Below are positions 20,390 through 29,969 of a stretch of DNA of 64,000 nt, one piece after another. A program made the translations under genes and the position numbers. Position 1 is the stretch's first letter; each line of letters starts with the position of its first letter. The stretch is from an uncultured Verrucomicrobiae bacterium (GTDB lineage: Bacteria; Verrucomicrobiota; Verrucomicrobiia; Palsa-1439), in contig CAWEWF010000014.1 of the NCBI GenBank assembly GCA_963812605.1, positions 576,001 through 640,000 on the forward strand, in the 5' to 3' direction. The notes beneath the pieces were generated by a model. The model was not told where the DNA came from. It did not search any database and saw only the letters and a list, made by a program, of their open reading frames with translations.

Positions 20390-21237
20390 GTTCGGCGGCG
20401 AATCCGGAGCGTTTCGCGGATTTGCACCTGCACACGCGCTATTCCGACGGGACGTTTACGCCACGCGAACTCGTCGAGAACGCCGGCAAACTTGGCTTCG
20501 CCGCGATTGCCGTTACCGACCACGATACACTCGACGCCGTTCCCGAGGCGCTCGCGGCCGGCCAGAAGTTGGGCATCGAAGTCATCCCCGGGGTCGAAAT
20601 CACCAGCCGCATCGATACGCAGGAACTGCACATGCTCGCGTACCTGTTCGGCGATTCGTGGCACGATGAGAATCTGCGCGCGGTCCTGAATCATGCCACG
20701 CGCATACGCAAGGAACGTGTCGAGCAGTTCGTGGCGAAGTTGAACGAATTGGGCGTCGCGCTGACTGTCGAAGACGTGTACGCGTGTTCTACGTGCGGCA
20801 CGGTCGGTCGCCCTCACGTGGCCCTGGCGTTGGTTAAACGCGGCTTCGTCTCCAGCGTGGAGGAAGCCTTCAACCGTTTTCTGAAACGCGGCAAGCCCGC
20901 ATACGTGGAGCGCTATCGTATGGAAGCCGCCGAAACCATCGGCCATATCAAGCGCGCGGGCGGCGTGGCCGTGATCGCCCACCCGGGTTTGAACTATCTC
21001 GACAAACGCCTTCACGAAATGGTCGATCAGGGGATGAGTGGCATCGAAGTGTGGCATTCGCGCCATACGCCCGCGCAGATTGCGCATTACGAAAAAATGG
21101 CGGCAACGCTCGGCGTTTGCGCCACCGGCGGCAGCGACTGCCATGGCCTCGGGCGCGATGGCATGCTACTGGGCAGAATCAAATTGCCTTACGAACGTGT
21201 CGAGGCGTTGAAAGCCCGCGCGCCAGTAAAACCGTGA
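20386..21237 (+). CDS. PHP-domain phosphoesterase (TrpH/YciV-like)
   Basis: DLHLHTRYSDG, TDHDT, GRPH, IAHPG, GGSDCHG. Confidence 0.92.
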   Translation: MSSAANPERFADLHLHTRYSDGTFTPRELVENAGKLGFAAIAVTDHDTLDAVPEALAAGQKLGIEVIPGVEITSRIDTQELHMLAYLFGDSWHDENLRAVLNHATRIRKERVEQFVAKLNELGVALTVEDVYACSTCGTVGRPHVALALVKRGFVSSVEEAFNRFLKRGKPAYVERYRMEAAETIGHIKRAGGVAVIAHPGLNYLDKRLHEMVDQGMSGIEVWHSRHTPAQIAHYEKMAATLGVCATGGSDCHGLGRDGMLLGRIKLPYERVEALKARAPVKP

Positions 21238-22172
21238 TAGGTCTCTTCCAAAAATTTCGCGATGGACTGCGCAAGACGCAGCAAAAGCTTGCCGGCGAGA
21301 TCACGCGCATCGTTACCCGCGCGCCGAAACTCGATGCCGATTCCCTCGAAGAGCTGGAAACCGTCCTGATCTCGACGGACATCGGTGTCAGCACTGCCGC
21401 CAGGATTATCGAACAAACCAAGGAAGCCGCGAAGCAATCGGGCGAAGTCGATGTCTTTGCCATCGCTCGCCAGGAAATCGAACGCGAACTTTCAATTCCA
21501 TCCGTTGGTGGCACAGGCGTCCCTGCCTGTGTCTTGGCCAAAGCACCGCACCCGCCGACGGTCATCCTCGTGGCCGGCGTGAATGGCACCGGCAAAACCA
21601 CCTCGACCGCGAAACTGGCTCACTGGCTGAAAGGGCAGGGGAATACAGTGCTGCTGGCCGCCTGCGACACGTTCCGAGCGGCAGCGATCGAACAGTTGAA
21701 GATTTGGGGGCAACGCGTCGGTTGTGACGTGGTTGCGGGACAATACGGCGCCGACTCCGCGGCGATCGCGTACGACGCGCTGGAAGCCGCCATCAATCGC
21801 CACGTCGATTACCTGATCATCGACACCGCCGGGCGCTTACATACGAAGAAGAATCTCATGGAAGAGATGAAGAAGATGCGCCGTTCCTTGCAAAAAAAGC
21901 TGCCCGCCGCGCCGCATGAGACCCTGCTCGTGCTCGATTCCACCACAGGTTCCAACGCCTTGAATCAAGCCCGCGAATTCAACGAGGTGCTTGGTGTTAC
22001 GGGGCTTGTCGTGACCAAGCTCGATGGGACCGCCAAAGGCGGCATCGTCGTCGCCATCGCCCGCGAACTCAAAATCCCCGTGAAGTTCATCGGCCTCGGT
22101 GAGCAAGTGGACGATTTGCAACCGTTCGACCCAAAGCAGTACTCCCAGGCTCTATTCTCGGGCGCAGACTAG
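21234..22172 (+). CDS. ftsY: SRP receptor FtsY (NG only)
   Basis: GVNGTGKTT, DTFRAAA, DTAGRLH, TKLDGTAKGG; GTG overlaps the upstream stop. Confidence 0.96.
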   Translation: MIGLFQKFRDGLRKTQQKLAGEITRIVTRAPKLDADSLEELETVLISTDIGVSTAARIIEQTKEAAKQSGEVDVFAIARQEIERELSIPSVGGTGVPACVLAKAPHPPTVILVAGVNGTGKTTSTAKLAHWLKGQGNTVLLAACDTFRAAAIEQLKIWGQRVGCDVVAGQYGADSAAIAYDALEAAINRHVDYLIIDTAGRLHTKKNLMEEMKKMRRSLQKKLPAAPHETLLVLDSTTGSNALNQAREFNEVLGVTGLVVTKLDGTAKGGIVVAIARELKIPVKFIGLGEQVDDLQPFDPKQYSQALFSGAD

Positions 22173-22274
22173 GAAGCCGTTGATTGCTTCCTGTTGGCTT
22201 TCGGCTTGTGAACACCCTCAAGCACCTTATTATGGTGGCGGCGTCAAAGAATAACCGCCGACGGGAGGAGCGCT

Positions 22275-22790
22275 ATGCAACGACCAACGTCTGTGACCGT
22301 GTTTGGAGTCTTGAACATTATCTTCGGGTCGCTCGGGATTTTGTGTACGCCCTTGTCTATGGTGACCCTGTTTTCTCCTGGAGCATCCCAGAATCCGGTT
22401 CTTAAAATAATGCAGGATAATCCCGTGTTCCGCATCTGGATGATCACCGCGGCTATATTGGGGGTGATCGCGGCCATTGTGTTGCTCGCCGCCGGTATTG
22501 GGTTGCTTCGCCTCAGACCCTGGGCGCGAACGCTATCGATCGGATACGGAGTTTATGCGATCGTGGCAGGCTTGATTGGCATGGTCTTCAATGTCATCTA
22601 TGTGATCCTGCCCTTGCTGTCACAACCGGGACATCAGGCTCCCTTCGCCGCTGGGGCCATCGGAGGCGTAATCGGTGGATGCGTGGGACTCGCCTATCCC
22701 GTGTTGCTAATTATATTCATGACACGGCCACACATACGGTTGGCGTTTGCGAATGCAGATACGGTTACGCCGCTGCCTCCCGCTCAATGA
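22275..22790 (+). CDS. Four-TM membrane protein
   Basis: RPTSVTVFGVLNII, four hydrophobic helices, RBS GGAGG. Confidence 0.8.
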   Translation: MQRPTSVTVFGVLNIIFGSLGILCTPLSMVTLFSPGASQNPVLKIMQDNPVFRIWMITAAILGVIAAIVLLAAGIGLLRLRPWARTLSIGYGVYAIVAGLIGMVFNVIYVILPLLSQPGHQAPFAAGAIGGVIGGCVGLAYPVLLIIFMTRPHIRLAFANADTVTPLPPAQ

Positions 22791-23905
22791 AACCCGGAAC
22801 GATACGCTTCTCACTGCAAGACGAACGATTGATGCAGCGGGCGCTGGCGCTGGCGCGGCGAGGACTGGGAAAAACGAGCCCGAACCCCGTTGTTGGCGCG
22901 GTCCTGGTTCGCAAAGGGCGTGTTCTTGCGGAAGGCTGGCACAAGCGCTCGGGCGGGCCGCATGCGGAAATATTTGCGTTGCGCGGTGTGAAGGCGCGGG
23001 GCGCGACGTTGTATGTGACAATGGAGCCCTGTTCCACGTGGGGAAAGACGCCGCCTTGCACGGAGGCGATCATCGCGGCGGGCGTAAAGCGCGTGGTTGT
23101 CGCGGCGCTCGATCCAAACCCGAAGCACAATGGACGGGGGTTGAAGATTCTCCGTCGAGCGGGGATTCGTATCGAGTCGGGATTGCTCGCTCAAGAAGCC
23201 GTTGCGATGAATGAAGCGTTCAACAAATGGATCACCACAGGAATGCCATTCGTGATCGCCAAGGCAGCGATGAGCCTCGATGGGAAGATTGCCACGCGAA
23301 CGGGTGATTCGAAGTGGATTACCAGCGAGATGGCGCGCCGGGAGTCGCACAAGCTCCGATCTTATGTTGACGCAATCATGGTCGGCGCGAACACGGTAAT
23401 CCGCGACGATCCGCAACTGACGCTGCGACACGGGGTGCGCGGACGACAGCCCCTGCGGGTGGTTGTGGATGCCCGGGGTCGAACGCCGATGAAGGCGAAG
23501 CTCTTCACGGACGCGCATCGTAAAGGCACTATTGTCCTGACAACGAATCTCTCATCCGCTCGTTGGCGTCGATGCCTAGTACTACTAGGTATCGATATTG
23601 TTGTCGTGAACCACAAGAAAGGCCGCGTGGATTTGCCGGCGACGCTAAAGAAACTGGGAAAGCGAAACGTGACGAGCTTGCTGGTGGAAGGTGGCGGAGA
23701 GTTGCTGGGTTCATTCTTCGATGCGCAGTTGGTGGACAAAGTCGCGCTGTTCTACGCACCGATGGTCATAGGTGGACGTGACGCGATCAGCGCGGTTGGA
23801 GGTGATGGAGCAGTTAGTGTGAAACAGTCAGTGCGGTTGGAAAACTGCAAATGGCGACGGATCGGCAAGAATGAAATGCTCGTGGAAGCGAGAATCAAGC
23901 GATGA
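22787..23905 (+). CDS. ribD: Riboflavin deaminase/reductase
   Basis: TSPNPVVGAV, HAE, MEPC..PPC, MSLDGKIAT, LLVEGG. Confidence 0.96.
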   Translation: MKPGTIRFSLQDERLMQRALALARRGLGKTSPNPVVGAVLVRKGRVLAEGWHKRSGGPHAEIFALRGVKARGATLYVTMEPCSTWGKTPPCTEAIIAAGVKRVVVAALDPNPKHNGRGLKILRRAGIRIESGLLAQEAVAMNEAFNKWITTGMPFVIAKAAMSLDGKIATRTGDSKWITSEMARRESHKLRSYVDAIMVGANTVIRDDPQLTLRHGVRGRQPLRVVVDARGRTPMKAKLFTDAHRKGTIVLTTNLSSARWRRCLVLLGIDIVVVNHKKGRVDLPATLKKLGKRNVTSLLVEGGGELLGSFFDAQLVDKVALFYAPMVIGGRDAISAVGGDGAVSVKQSVRLENCKWRRIGKNEMLVEARIKR

Positions 23906-24837
23906 TCCTGATCGTCGGCTTGTCTCCTGCCTGGCAACGGACGTTGGTGTTTGACGAGATCGTCCCCGGCAAGGTCAACCGCGCCGCGCGCGTCAGCGAG
24001 ACCGCGGCCGGCAAAGGGGTAAATGTCGCTCGTGTCGCGTCGATTCTCGGCGCGGACGTGAAACTTTTGACCGTTGCCGGCGGTAAGCGTGGACAGTTGC
24101 TAAAGGCGCAGTTGAAACGGCAACGATTGAACGCGCGCGTCGTGCCCGTGAATGCGGAAACGCGGATTTGCCAGACCCTGCTCTCTCAAGATAGGACGAC
24201 AGAGTTGGTGGAAGAAGCGGGAGCGCTTACTGCCGTGGAAGTCCGGGAAGTGTTGCGCGGATTTGCCCTGGACGTACGTGAGGCTGACCTGGTGGTCCTG
24301 ACAGGAACGGTGCCGAAAGGTTGCGGTGATGATTTCTATGCACGTCTGGTTGACGAGTCCGCGCGTCGCGGGGTGCGGGTACTAATCGACGCGCAGAAAG
24401 CCCAACTGCGGAACGCGCTCAAACGGCGGCCCTTTCTCGTCCGGATAAATCGCGATGAATTGACGGCGGCCACCGGTATTGATTGCGCAGGACGAAAAGG
24501 CGATTTACCTGCGCTGGGCAAATTAATGAGACATGGCCCGCGCTGGGCGGTGATCAGCGATGGTCCCGGGAGGATTTACGCGAGCGAGACGCCCGGGAGT
24601 CGGGTATCGGCCTTCACACCACCGCGAGTGGAAACAAAGAACCCGATTGGCTCCGGTGATGCGATGCTGGCCGGTATTGCGGTCGCATTGGTGCGCGGTC
24701 AGCCGATACTGGATGCCGTGCGTTTTGGCGCGGCCTGCGGCGCTGCCAATGCGATGACTGCCGAGCCCGGTTTCGTGCGAAGGCGGGATGTGCGAAGACT
24801 TTGCTCGACACTCAACAGACGCATCCCTATCGTCTAG
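23902..24837 (+). CDS. PfkB/1-phosphofructokinase-family hexose kinase
   Basis: GKGVNVA, ETR, NPIGSGDAMLAG. Confidence 0.88.
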   Translation: MILIVGLSPAWQRTLVFDEIVPGKVNRAARVSETAAGKGVNVARVASILGADVKLLTVAGGKRGQLLKAQLKRQRLNARVVPVNAETRICQTLLSQDRTTELVEEAGALTAVEVREVLRGFALDVREADLVVLTGTVPKGCGDDFYARLVDESARRGVRVLIDAQKAQLRNALKRRPFLVRINRDELTAATGIDCAGRKGDLPALGKLMRHGPRWAVISDGPGRIYASETPGSRVSAFTPPRVETKNPIGSGDAMLAGIAVALVRGQPILDAVRFGAACGAANAMTAEPGFVRRRDVRRLCSTLNRRIPIV

Positions 24838-24840
24838 GGT

Positions 24841-25447
24841 ATGTTCACGGGAATCGTTGAAGAGGCCGGCCGAGTTATTCGCATTCGCTCCGGCAAACGC
24901 TCGACGGAATTGACGGTGCGCGCCCCTAAGATTGGCCAATTATTGCGTATGGGAAACAGCCTGGCCGTCAACGGAGCGTGTCTGACCGTGGTCGCCAAGC
25001 GCCGAGGCGCGCTCAGGTTCGACGTGCTCAACGAAACTCTTCAGCGGACAAATCTCGCATTCGTGCGCGAAGGTTCCCTGGTGAATCTCGAACGCCCACT
25101 TCGCGCGGACGCGCGGCTCGATGGTCACTTTGTGCTTGGACACGTCGACGCGCGTGGAAAAGTCCGCCGCTTCGAACGCGAGGGCGGGGACTACGTGCTG
25201 GACATCGAAGCGCCGCCGTCGGTCATGCGGTACGTCGTTGAGAAAGGCTCCATCGCCATCGATGGAATCAGCCTGACGGTCGCCACTGTCCGGCGCACTT
25301 GGTTTCGCGTCTGGATTATTCCGCACACGCGCAAGACCACGAATTTACAGGCTCGCCGCACCGGAGATCCTGTCAATCTGGAAGCGGATATTCTGGGCAA
25401 GTATGTTGCAGCAATTGATGAGGAGATCGCCGCGGGCGCGACGTTGA
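24841..25447 (+). CDS. ribE: Riboflavin synthase (probable indel near 25410; true stop likely TGA at 25445-25447)
   Basis: MFTGIVEE start, VNGACLTV, GHFVLGHVD, IDGISLTV, VNLEADILGKYV. Confidence 0.92.
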
Positions 25448-25472
25448 CACTCCGCGCGCGGCCCTTTACACT
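25444..25472 (+). promoter_or_regulatory. Sigma70-like promoter of the zinc-ribbon gene
   Basis: TTGACA-17 nt-TACACT, 19 nt upstream of ATG 25492. Confidence 0.6.
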
Positions 25473-25491
25473 AATGATAGGAAAAGATTTC

Positions 25492-26199
25492 ATGCTGCCA
25501 GTCCTCGAAAAACTGTTGGTACTCCAGGATCGCGACCGTCGCATCGCCCAGCTCAAGGCGGAGCGTACCCGCATCCCCGAGCAGGTCGCGGCCACGGAGC
25601 AAAGCCTCAAAGCCGAGTCCGCGCGCCTCGATTCCTTGCGCGACCAGGCCAAACATATCGAAGCCGATCGCAAAAAGTTGGAAATCGACGTTGAAGCCAG
25701 GCGCGGGCAGATCGCAAAATACCGTACCCAACTCTCGCTGATCAAATCGAACACCGAGTACCAGGCGTTACTCAAGGAGATTGCCAAGGCCGAGCAGGAA
25801 ATCGACGTGATCGAGACGCATGAGTTGGAAGTAATGGAGAAGGGCGATCAACTCCAGCCGGCCGTCAAGCAGGAGCAGGCCGTGCTGAAAGAAATCGCCG
25901 CGAAGGCCGAAGCGGAACGCGCCGACTTGCAGAAACGCATCGCGATGGTGGAACAGGAATTGGCGCGGCTGCAAGCCGAGCGCCAGAACCTCGTGCAGGA
26001 AGCCGACCCGGAGGCGCTCTACCGTTACGAACGACTCATGCACAGCAAGAGCGACTTCGCGATTGTTCCCATCCGCAATGGCAATTGCGGTGGTTGCCAC
26101 CTGAATATCCCGCCGCAACTCGTCCACAATGCGAAGAACGGTACCACGTTGACCAGTTGCGATTACTGCGGGCGTATCTTATATTGGCAACCGGAGTGA
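25492..26199 (+). CDS. Coiled-coil C4 zinc-ribbon protein (CT398/DUF164-like)
   Basis: LLVLQDRD, long coiled coil, CGGCH...CDYCGRIL; lies just upstream of rnpB. Confidence 0.9.
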   Translation: MLPVLEKLLVLQDRDRRIAQLKAERTRIPEQVAATEQSLKAESARLDSLRDQAKHIEADRKKLEIDVEARRGQIAKYRTQLSLIKSNTEYQALLKEIAKAEQEIDVIETHELEVMEKGDQLQPAVKQEQAVLKEIAAKAEAERADLQKRIAMVEQELARLQAERQNLVQEADPEALYRYERLMHSKSDFAIVPIRNGNCGGCHLNIPPQLVHNAKNGTTLTSCDYCGRILYWQPE

Positions 26200-26258
26200 C
26201 GGGGCCCGGCATTGTCGATGCAATCTGCCGGCATTTGTTATTTGATTTACATCAGTTT

Positions 26259-26624
<366 letters not shown>

Positions 26625-26633
26625 TGAACGGAC

Positions 26634-26663
26634 GGCGGGGGTGACGATTGCGTCACCTCCGCC
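26634..26663 (+). terminator. Hairpin downstream of rnpB
   Basis: GGCGGGGGTGACG-attg-CGTCACCTCCGCC; weak U tract. Confidence 0.5.
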
Positions 26664-26677
26664 ACCAATTTCTGTAG

Positions 26678-27178
26678 ATGCGTTACCCACTTTTTCTTGA
26701 TCTCACCAATCAATCCGCTGTCGTCATTGGCGCGGGCAGTGTCGCCGCGCGTAAAATTCGGACGTTGCTCCGAACCGGGGCAAGGGTGACGATCGTCAGC
26801 CCGCAAGCCACCGTCTCCTTGTGCCGGCTCGCGCAAACGAAACGCGTGCGCTGGGTGCGACGGCGCTACCGCCGCGGTGATCTTCACGGTGCGCGTTTGG
26901 TCATTGCCGCCACGAATGACTCCGCCGTAAATGAAATCGTCTGCGCGGAAGCGAAACGCCGCGATCTGCTGGTGAACTGCATCACATCACCGGCCGTGGG
27001 CAATTTCTTCGTACCGTCGCTGGTGCGCCGTGGCGGAATTTCGCTCGCAATTTCCACGGATGGGGCCAGTCCCGCCTTCGCCAAACGCCTGCGCCGCGAT
27101 CTTGAACACTTTCTCGGTGACGAGTATCCTCAGCTCCTGAAAACGATGAGCGCGGCCCGCCGCGCAAAGAAGAAATAA
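26678..27178 (+). CDS. Precorrin-2 dehydrogenase / sirohydrochlorin ferrochelatase (CysG N-terminal-like)
   Basis: YPLFLDL, VIGAGSVAARK, VIAATND, AISTDGASPAF. Confidence 0.9.
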   Translation: MRYPLFLDLTNQSAVVIGAGSVAARKIRTLLRTGARVTIVSPQATVSLCRLAQTKRVRWVRRRYRRGDLHGARLVIAATNDSAVNEIVCAEAKRRDLLVNCITSPAVGNFFVPSLVRRGGISLAISTDGASPAFAKRLRRDLEHFLGDEYPQLLKTMSAARRAKKK

Positions 27179-27978
27179 TGCTGACCGACCGAACATTTCT
27201 CTGGCTCGCGCAGGCATTCTACGCCGTCAGTTGCGTTCTCACACTGCGCCGACTGCGCGCCGGCGGCAGCGGCGCAACGCTGCAACGCATAAATTATGCG
27301 GCGATGGCGGCGGGCTTCGCCTTGCACACCATTTTCCTCTACCTGCGGGGCCAACAGGTCGGGCGTTGCCCACTGACGAACCTCTTTGAAACGCAGGCAT
27401 TCATCGCGTGGGCCGCGGTATTGTTTTTCCTGCTCATCGGCCCATCGTACCGTGTCTCGTTCCTCGGTGCGTTTACCGCGCCCCTGGTGTTGCTGATTTG
27501 TCTGGCAGCATTAATTCTGCCCATTGATATTGTGCAGCCGCAACCGGCGACCCGCAGCGCGTGGATTGAGTTTCATGCGGCCATCGCCATTCTTGCGTCG
27601 GGCGCGTTCGCGTTGGCATTTGTCACCGGCGGGATGTACCTGCGCCAGGAGCGGCAACTGAAGCGGCGCCGGCTCTCGTCGTCCTTTCTGCTTTTGCCGT
27701 CCATTGAACAACTTGACTTGATCAATATCCGCCTCTTGATCATGGGCTTTGTGATGCTGACAGCGGGGATGATCGGCGGCCTTATTTCGTATCACATCGT
27801 CGGACATTGGACGACCCCGAAAATCATTTGGGCGGTATCGGTCTGGATCCTGTACGGCGCGCTTGTGGCGGCGCGCGGATTGTGGACGCTTCGCGGACGA
27901 AAAGTTGCGTTGGCATCGATGGCCTCGTTCGTGTTCATGCTCGCCGGCTTTTGGGGAGTGAGTCTCCTCGGACCATGA
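27178..27978 (+). CDS. Cytochrome c assembly CcsA/HemX-like membrane protein
   Basis: About 8 TM helices, conserved His, LPSIEQLD, W-rich motif; directly upstream of hemA. Confidence 0.85.
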   Translation: MLTDRTFLWLAQAFYAVSCVLTLRRLRAGGSGATLQRINYAAMAAGFALHTIFLYLRGQQVGRCPLTNLFETQAFIAWAAVLFFLLIGPSYRVSFLGAFTAPLVLLICLAALILPIDIVQPQPATRSAWIEFHAAIAILASGAFALAFVTGGMYLRQERQLKRRRLSSSFLLLPSIEQLDLINIRLLIMGFVMLTAGMIGGLISYHIVGHWTTPKIIWAVSVWILYGALVAARGLWTLRGRKVALASMASFVFMLAGFWGVSLLGP

Positions 27979-29069
27979 ACCTGATCGTCATCGGCTTGAA
28001 TCATCGCAGCGCGCCTGTGGAGGTGCGCGAGCGTCTGGCCTTTGCTGAAAACAAGCTCGGCGAGGCAACGCGCGCACTGCTCGACACCGCGCCATTGCAT
28101 GAGGCGGCAATTCTCTCCACGTGCAACCGTGTCGAGATTTACGGCCTGGCCAATAGTGCCGCCGAGGCCGCGCTGGCGGCGCGTCGCTTCCTTCACGAAC
28201 ACCACAAACTCGCCGATTCGGTCGACGCATACCTCTACGAGCGCCACGACCGTGAATGCATCCAGCATCTGCTCGAAGTTGCCTGCGGGCTCGACTCGAT
28301 GGTGCTGGGAGAGACGGAGATTCTCGGCCAGGTCAAAGACGCCTATCACGCCGCGCAACAGGCGGGTGCGACCGGCGTCGTCCTCAATCGTCTTTTTCAG
28401 AAAGCCTTCTCCGCGGCCAAGCACATTCGTTCCAGCACCGCCATCACGCGCGGTTCCACCTCCGTCGGCACCGTCGCCGTCGATCTTGCGGAGAAAATCT
28501 TCGGCAAGCTGGGCAAATGCACGGTGATGGTCATCGGCACGGGCGAAATGAGCGGGGCGACCGCGCGCGCCTTGCAGAGCCGGGGCGCGGGCACGATCCT
28601 GGTTTGCAGTCGCACGCCTGAACGCGCGGAAACATTGGCCGCGCAACTGCAAGGCCGCGCCATCTCCTACGACCAGTGGCCGACCGAATTTTCCGCGGTC
28701 GATATTGTCATCAGTTCAACGGCGGCACCGCATCCGATCGTCACGAGGGAGAAGCTGATCCCGCTGATGAAAACACGGCGCCAGCGCCCGCTGTTCCTCA
28801 TCGACATCGCCGTGCCGCGCGATATCGAGCGGGCCTGCGGCGAATTGGAGAGCGTATACCTGTATGACATTGACGACCTCCAGCAAATTGCCCGGGAAAA
28901 CATGACCGCCCGCGAACGGGAGATCGCCGCCTGCCAGGTCCTGATCGCCCAGCACCTCCAGCGCTTCGCCGTTTGGTTGGAAGGCAATCGCGCCGCGCTG
29001 GAAGAGCGCTACCGCAACCGTGCGACCCCCGCTCGTTTTTCAAAGTCGGCTCCTACCCACGCGTCATGA
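27975..29069 (+). CDS. hemA: Glutamyl-tRNA reductase
   Basis: GLNHRSAPVEVRE, STCNRVE, GLDSMVLGETEILGQVK, DIAVPRDI. Confidence 0.96.
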   Translation: MNLIVIGLNHRSAPVEVRERLAFAENKLGEATRALLDTAPLHEAAILSTCNRVEIYGLANSAAEAALAARRFLHEHHKLADSVDAYLYERHDRECIQHLLEVACGLDSMVLGETEILGQVKDAYHAAQQAGATGVVLNRLFQKAFSAAKHIRSSTAITRGSTSVGTVAVDLAEKIFGKLGKCTVMVIGTGEMSGATARALQSRGAGTILVCSRTPERAETLAAQLQGRAISYDQWPTEFSAVDIVISSTAAPHPIVTREKLIPLMKTRRQRPLFLIDIAVPRDIERACGELESVYLYDIDDLQQIARENMTAREREIAACQVLIAQHLQRFAVWLEGNRAALEERYRNRATPARFSKSAPTHAS

Positions 29070-29969
29070 AGCCATTGATTATTGGCACGCGGGGCAGTCC
29101 GCTCGCTCTCGCGCAGGTGGAAATCATCCGCAGTCTGCTGCAAAACGCCAGTCCATCACTTCCTGTCGAAACGAAGACCATCAGCACCAGCGGTGATAAT
29201 TTTACAAACCTCTCCCTCACCGCCGGCGGCGGCAAGGGATTGTTCACGAAAGAGATTGAAGACCAGCTTCTCCGTAGCGAGATCCACATCGCGGTGCACA
29301 GCCTGAAGGATTTGCCCACAATTCTGCCAGAGGGCCTGATGATTGGCGCCATTCCAATGCGCGAAGACGCGCACGACGTGTTTATCTCGAGGAACTTCGG
29401 ATCAATCGAAGAGTTGCCGAACGGAGCCCGTGTAGCAACAAGCAGCATCCGCCGGCGTGCACAATTATTGGCCAAGCGGCCCGATCTGCAGGTCGAGGAA
29501 ATCCGCGGCAATGTGGAAACGCGATTGCGCAAGCTTGAGGAGAACAGTTCGCTGGATGCGCTCATTCTCGCGGCGGCCGGACTACGTCGGCTTGGGCTCT
29601 GGAAAACCTATGGCAGGCTCCATTGGCAACAAATCGATTTCGAGTGGATGATTCCAGCTGTGGGGCAGGGGGCCATCGCCTGTGAAGTTCGGGAGTCCGA
29701 CACATTGACGCGCGAGATCATGGCCCGCATCAACGATGCTGACGCGTCCGCCTGTACAACTGCTGAACGCGTCTTCCTCCAGGCGCTGGGTGGCGGCTGT
29801 CAGGTACCCTATGCAGCCTATGCGACGGTGGAAGGCGAACGCTTGCGAATGCTGGGCGCGACATTCGAGTCCATGACGGAAAGAACGTTCATCGAGCGGA
29901 GGTCATCGGATCGAAGAGTGATCCGCGTGAGGTCGGCGAGCGGGCGGCCAGAGACAGGTTCTCGGATGA
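29066..29969 (+). CDS. hemC: Hydroxymethylbilane synthase (indels near the 3' end)
   Basis: GTRGSPLALAQ, GKGLFTKE, VHSLKDLP, IRGNVETRL, LGGGCQVP; the alternative frame gives a HemC-like tail DGKNVHRAEV..GERAAR. Confidence 0.92.

Noticed and set aside
24841-26199. Apparent RibE-zinc ribbon fusion (452 aa)
   Set aside because: Removing one base near 25410 gives a normal RibE end (YVEQLMRRSPRARR*), and a TTGACA-17-TACACT promoter lies in the supposed linker. Most likely an indel artefact.
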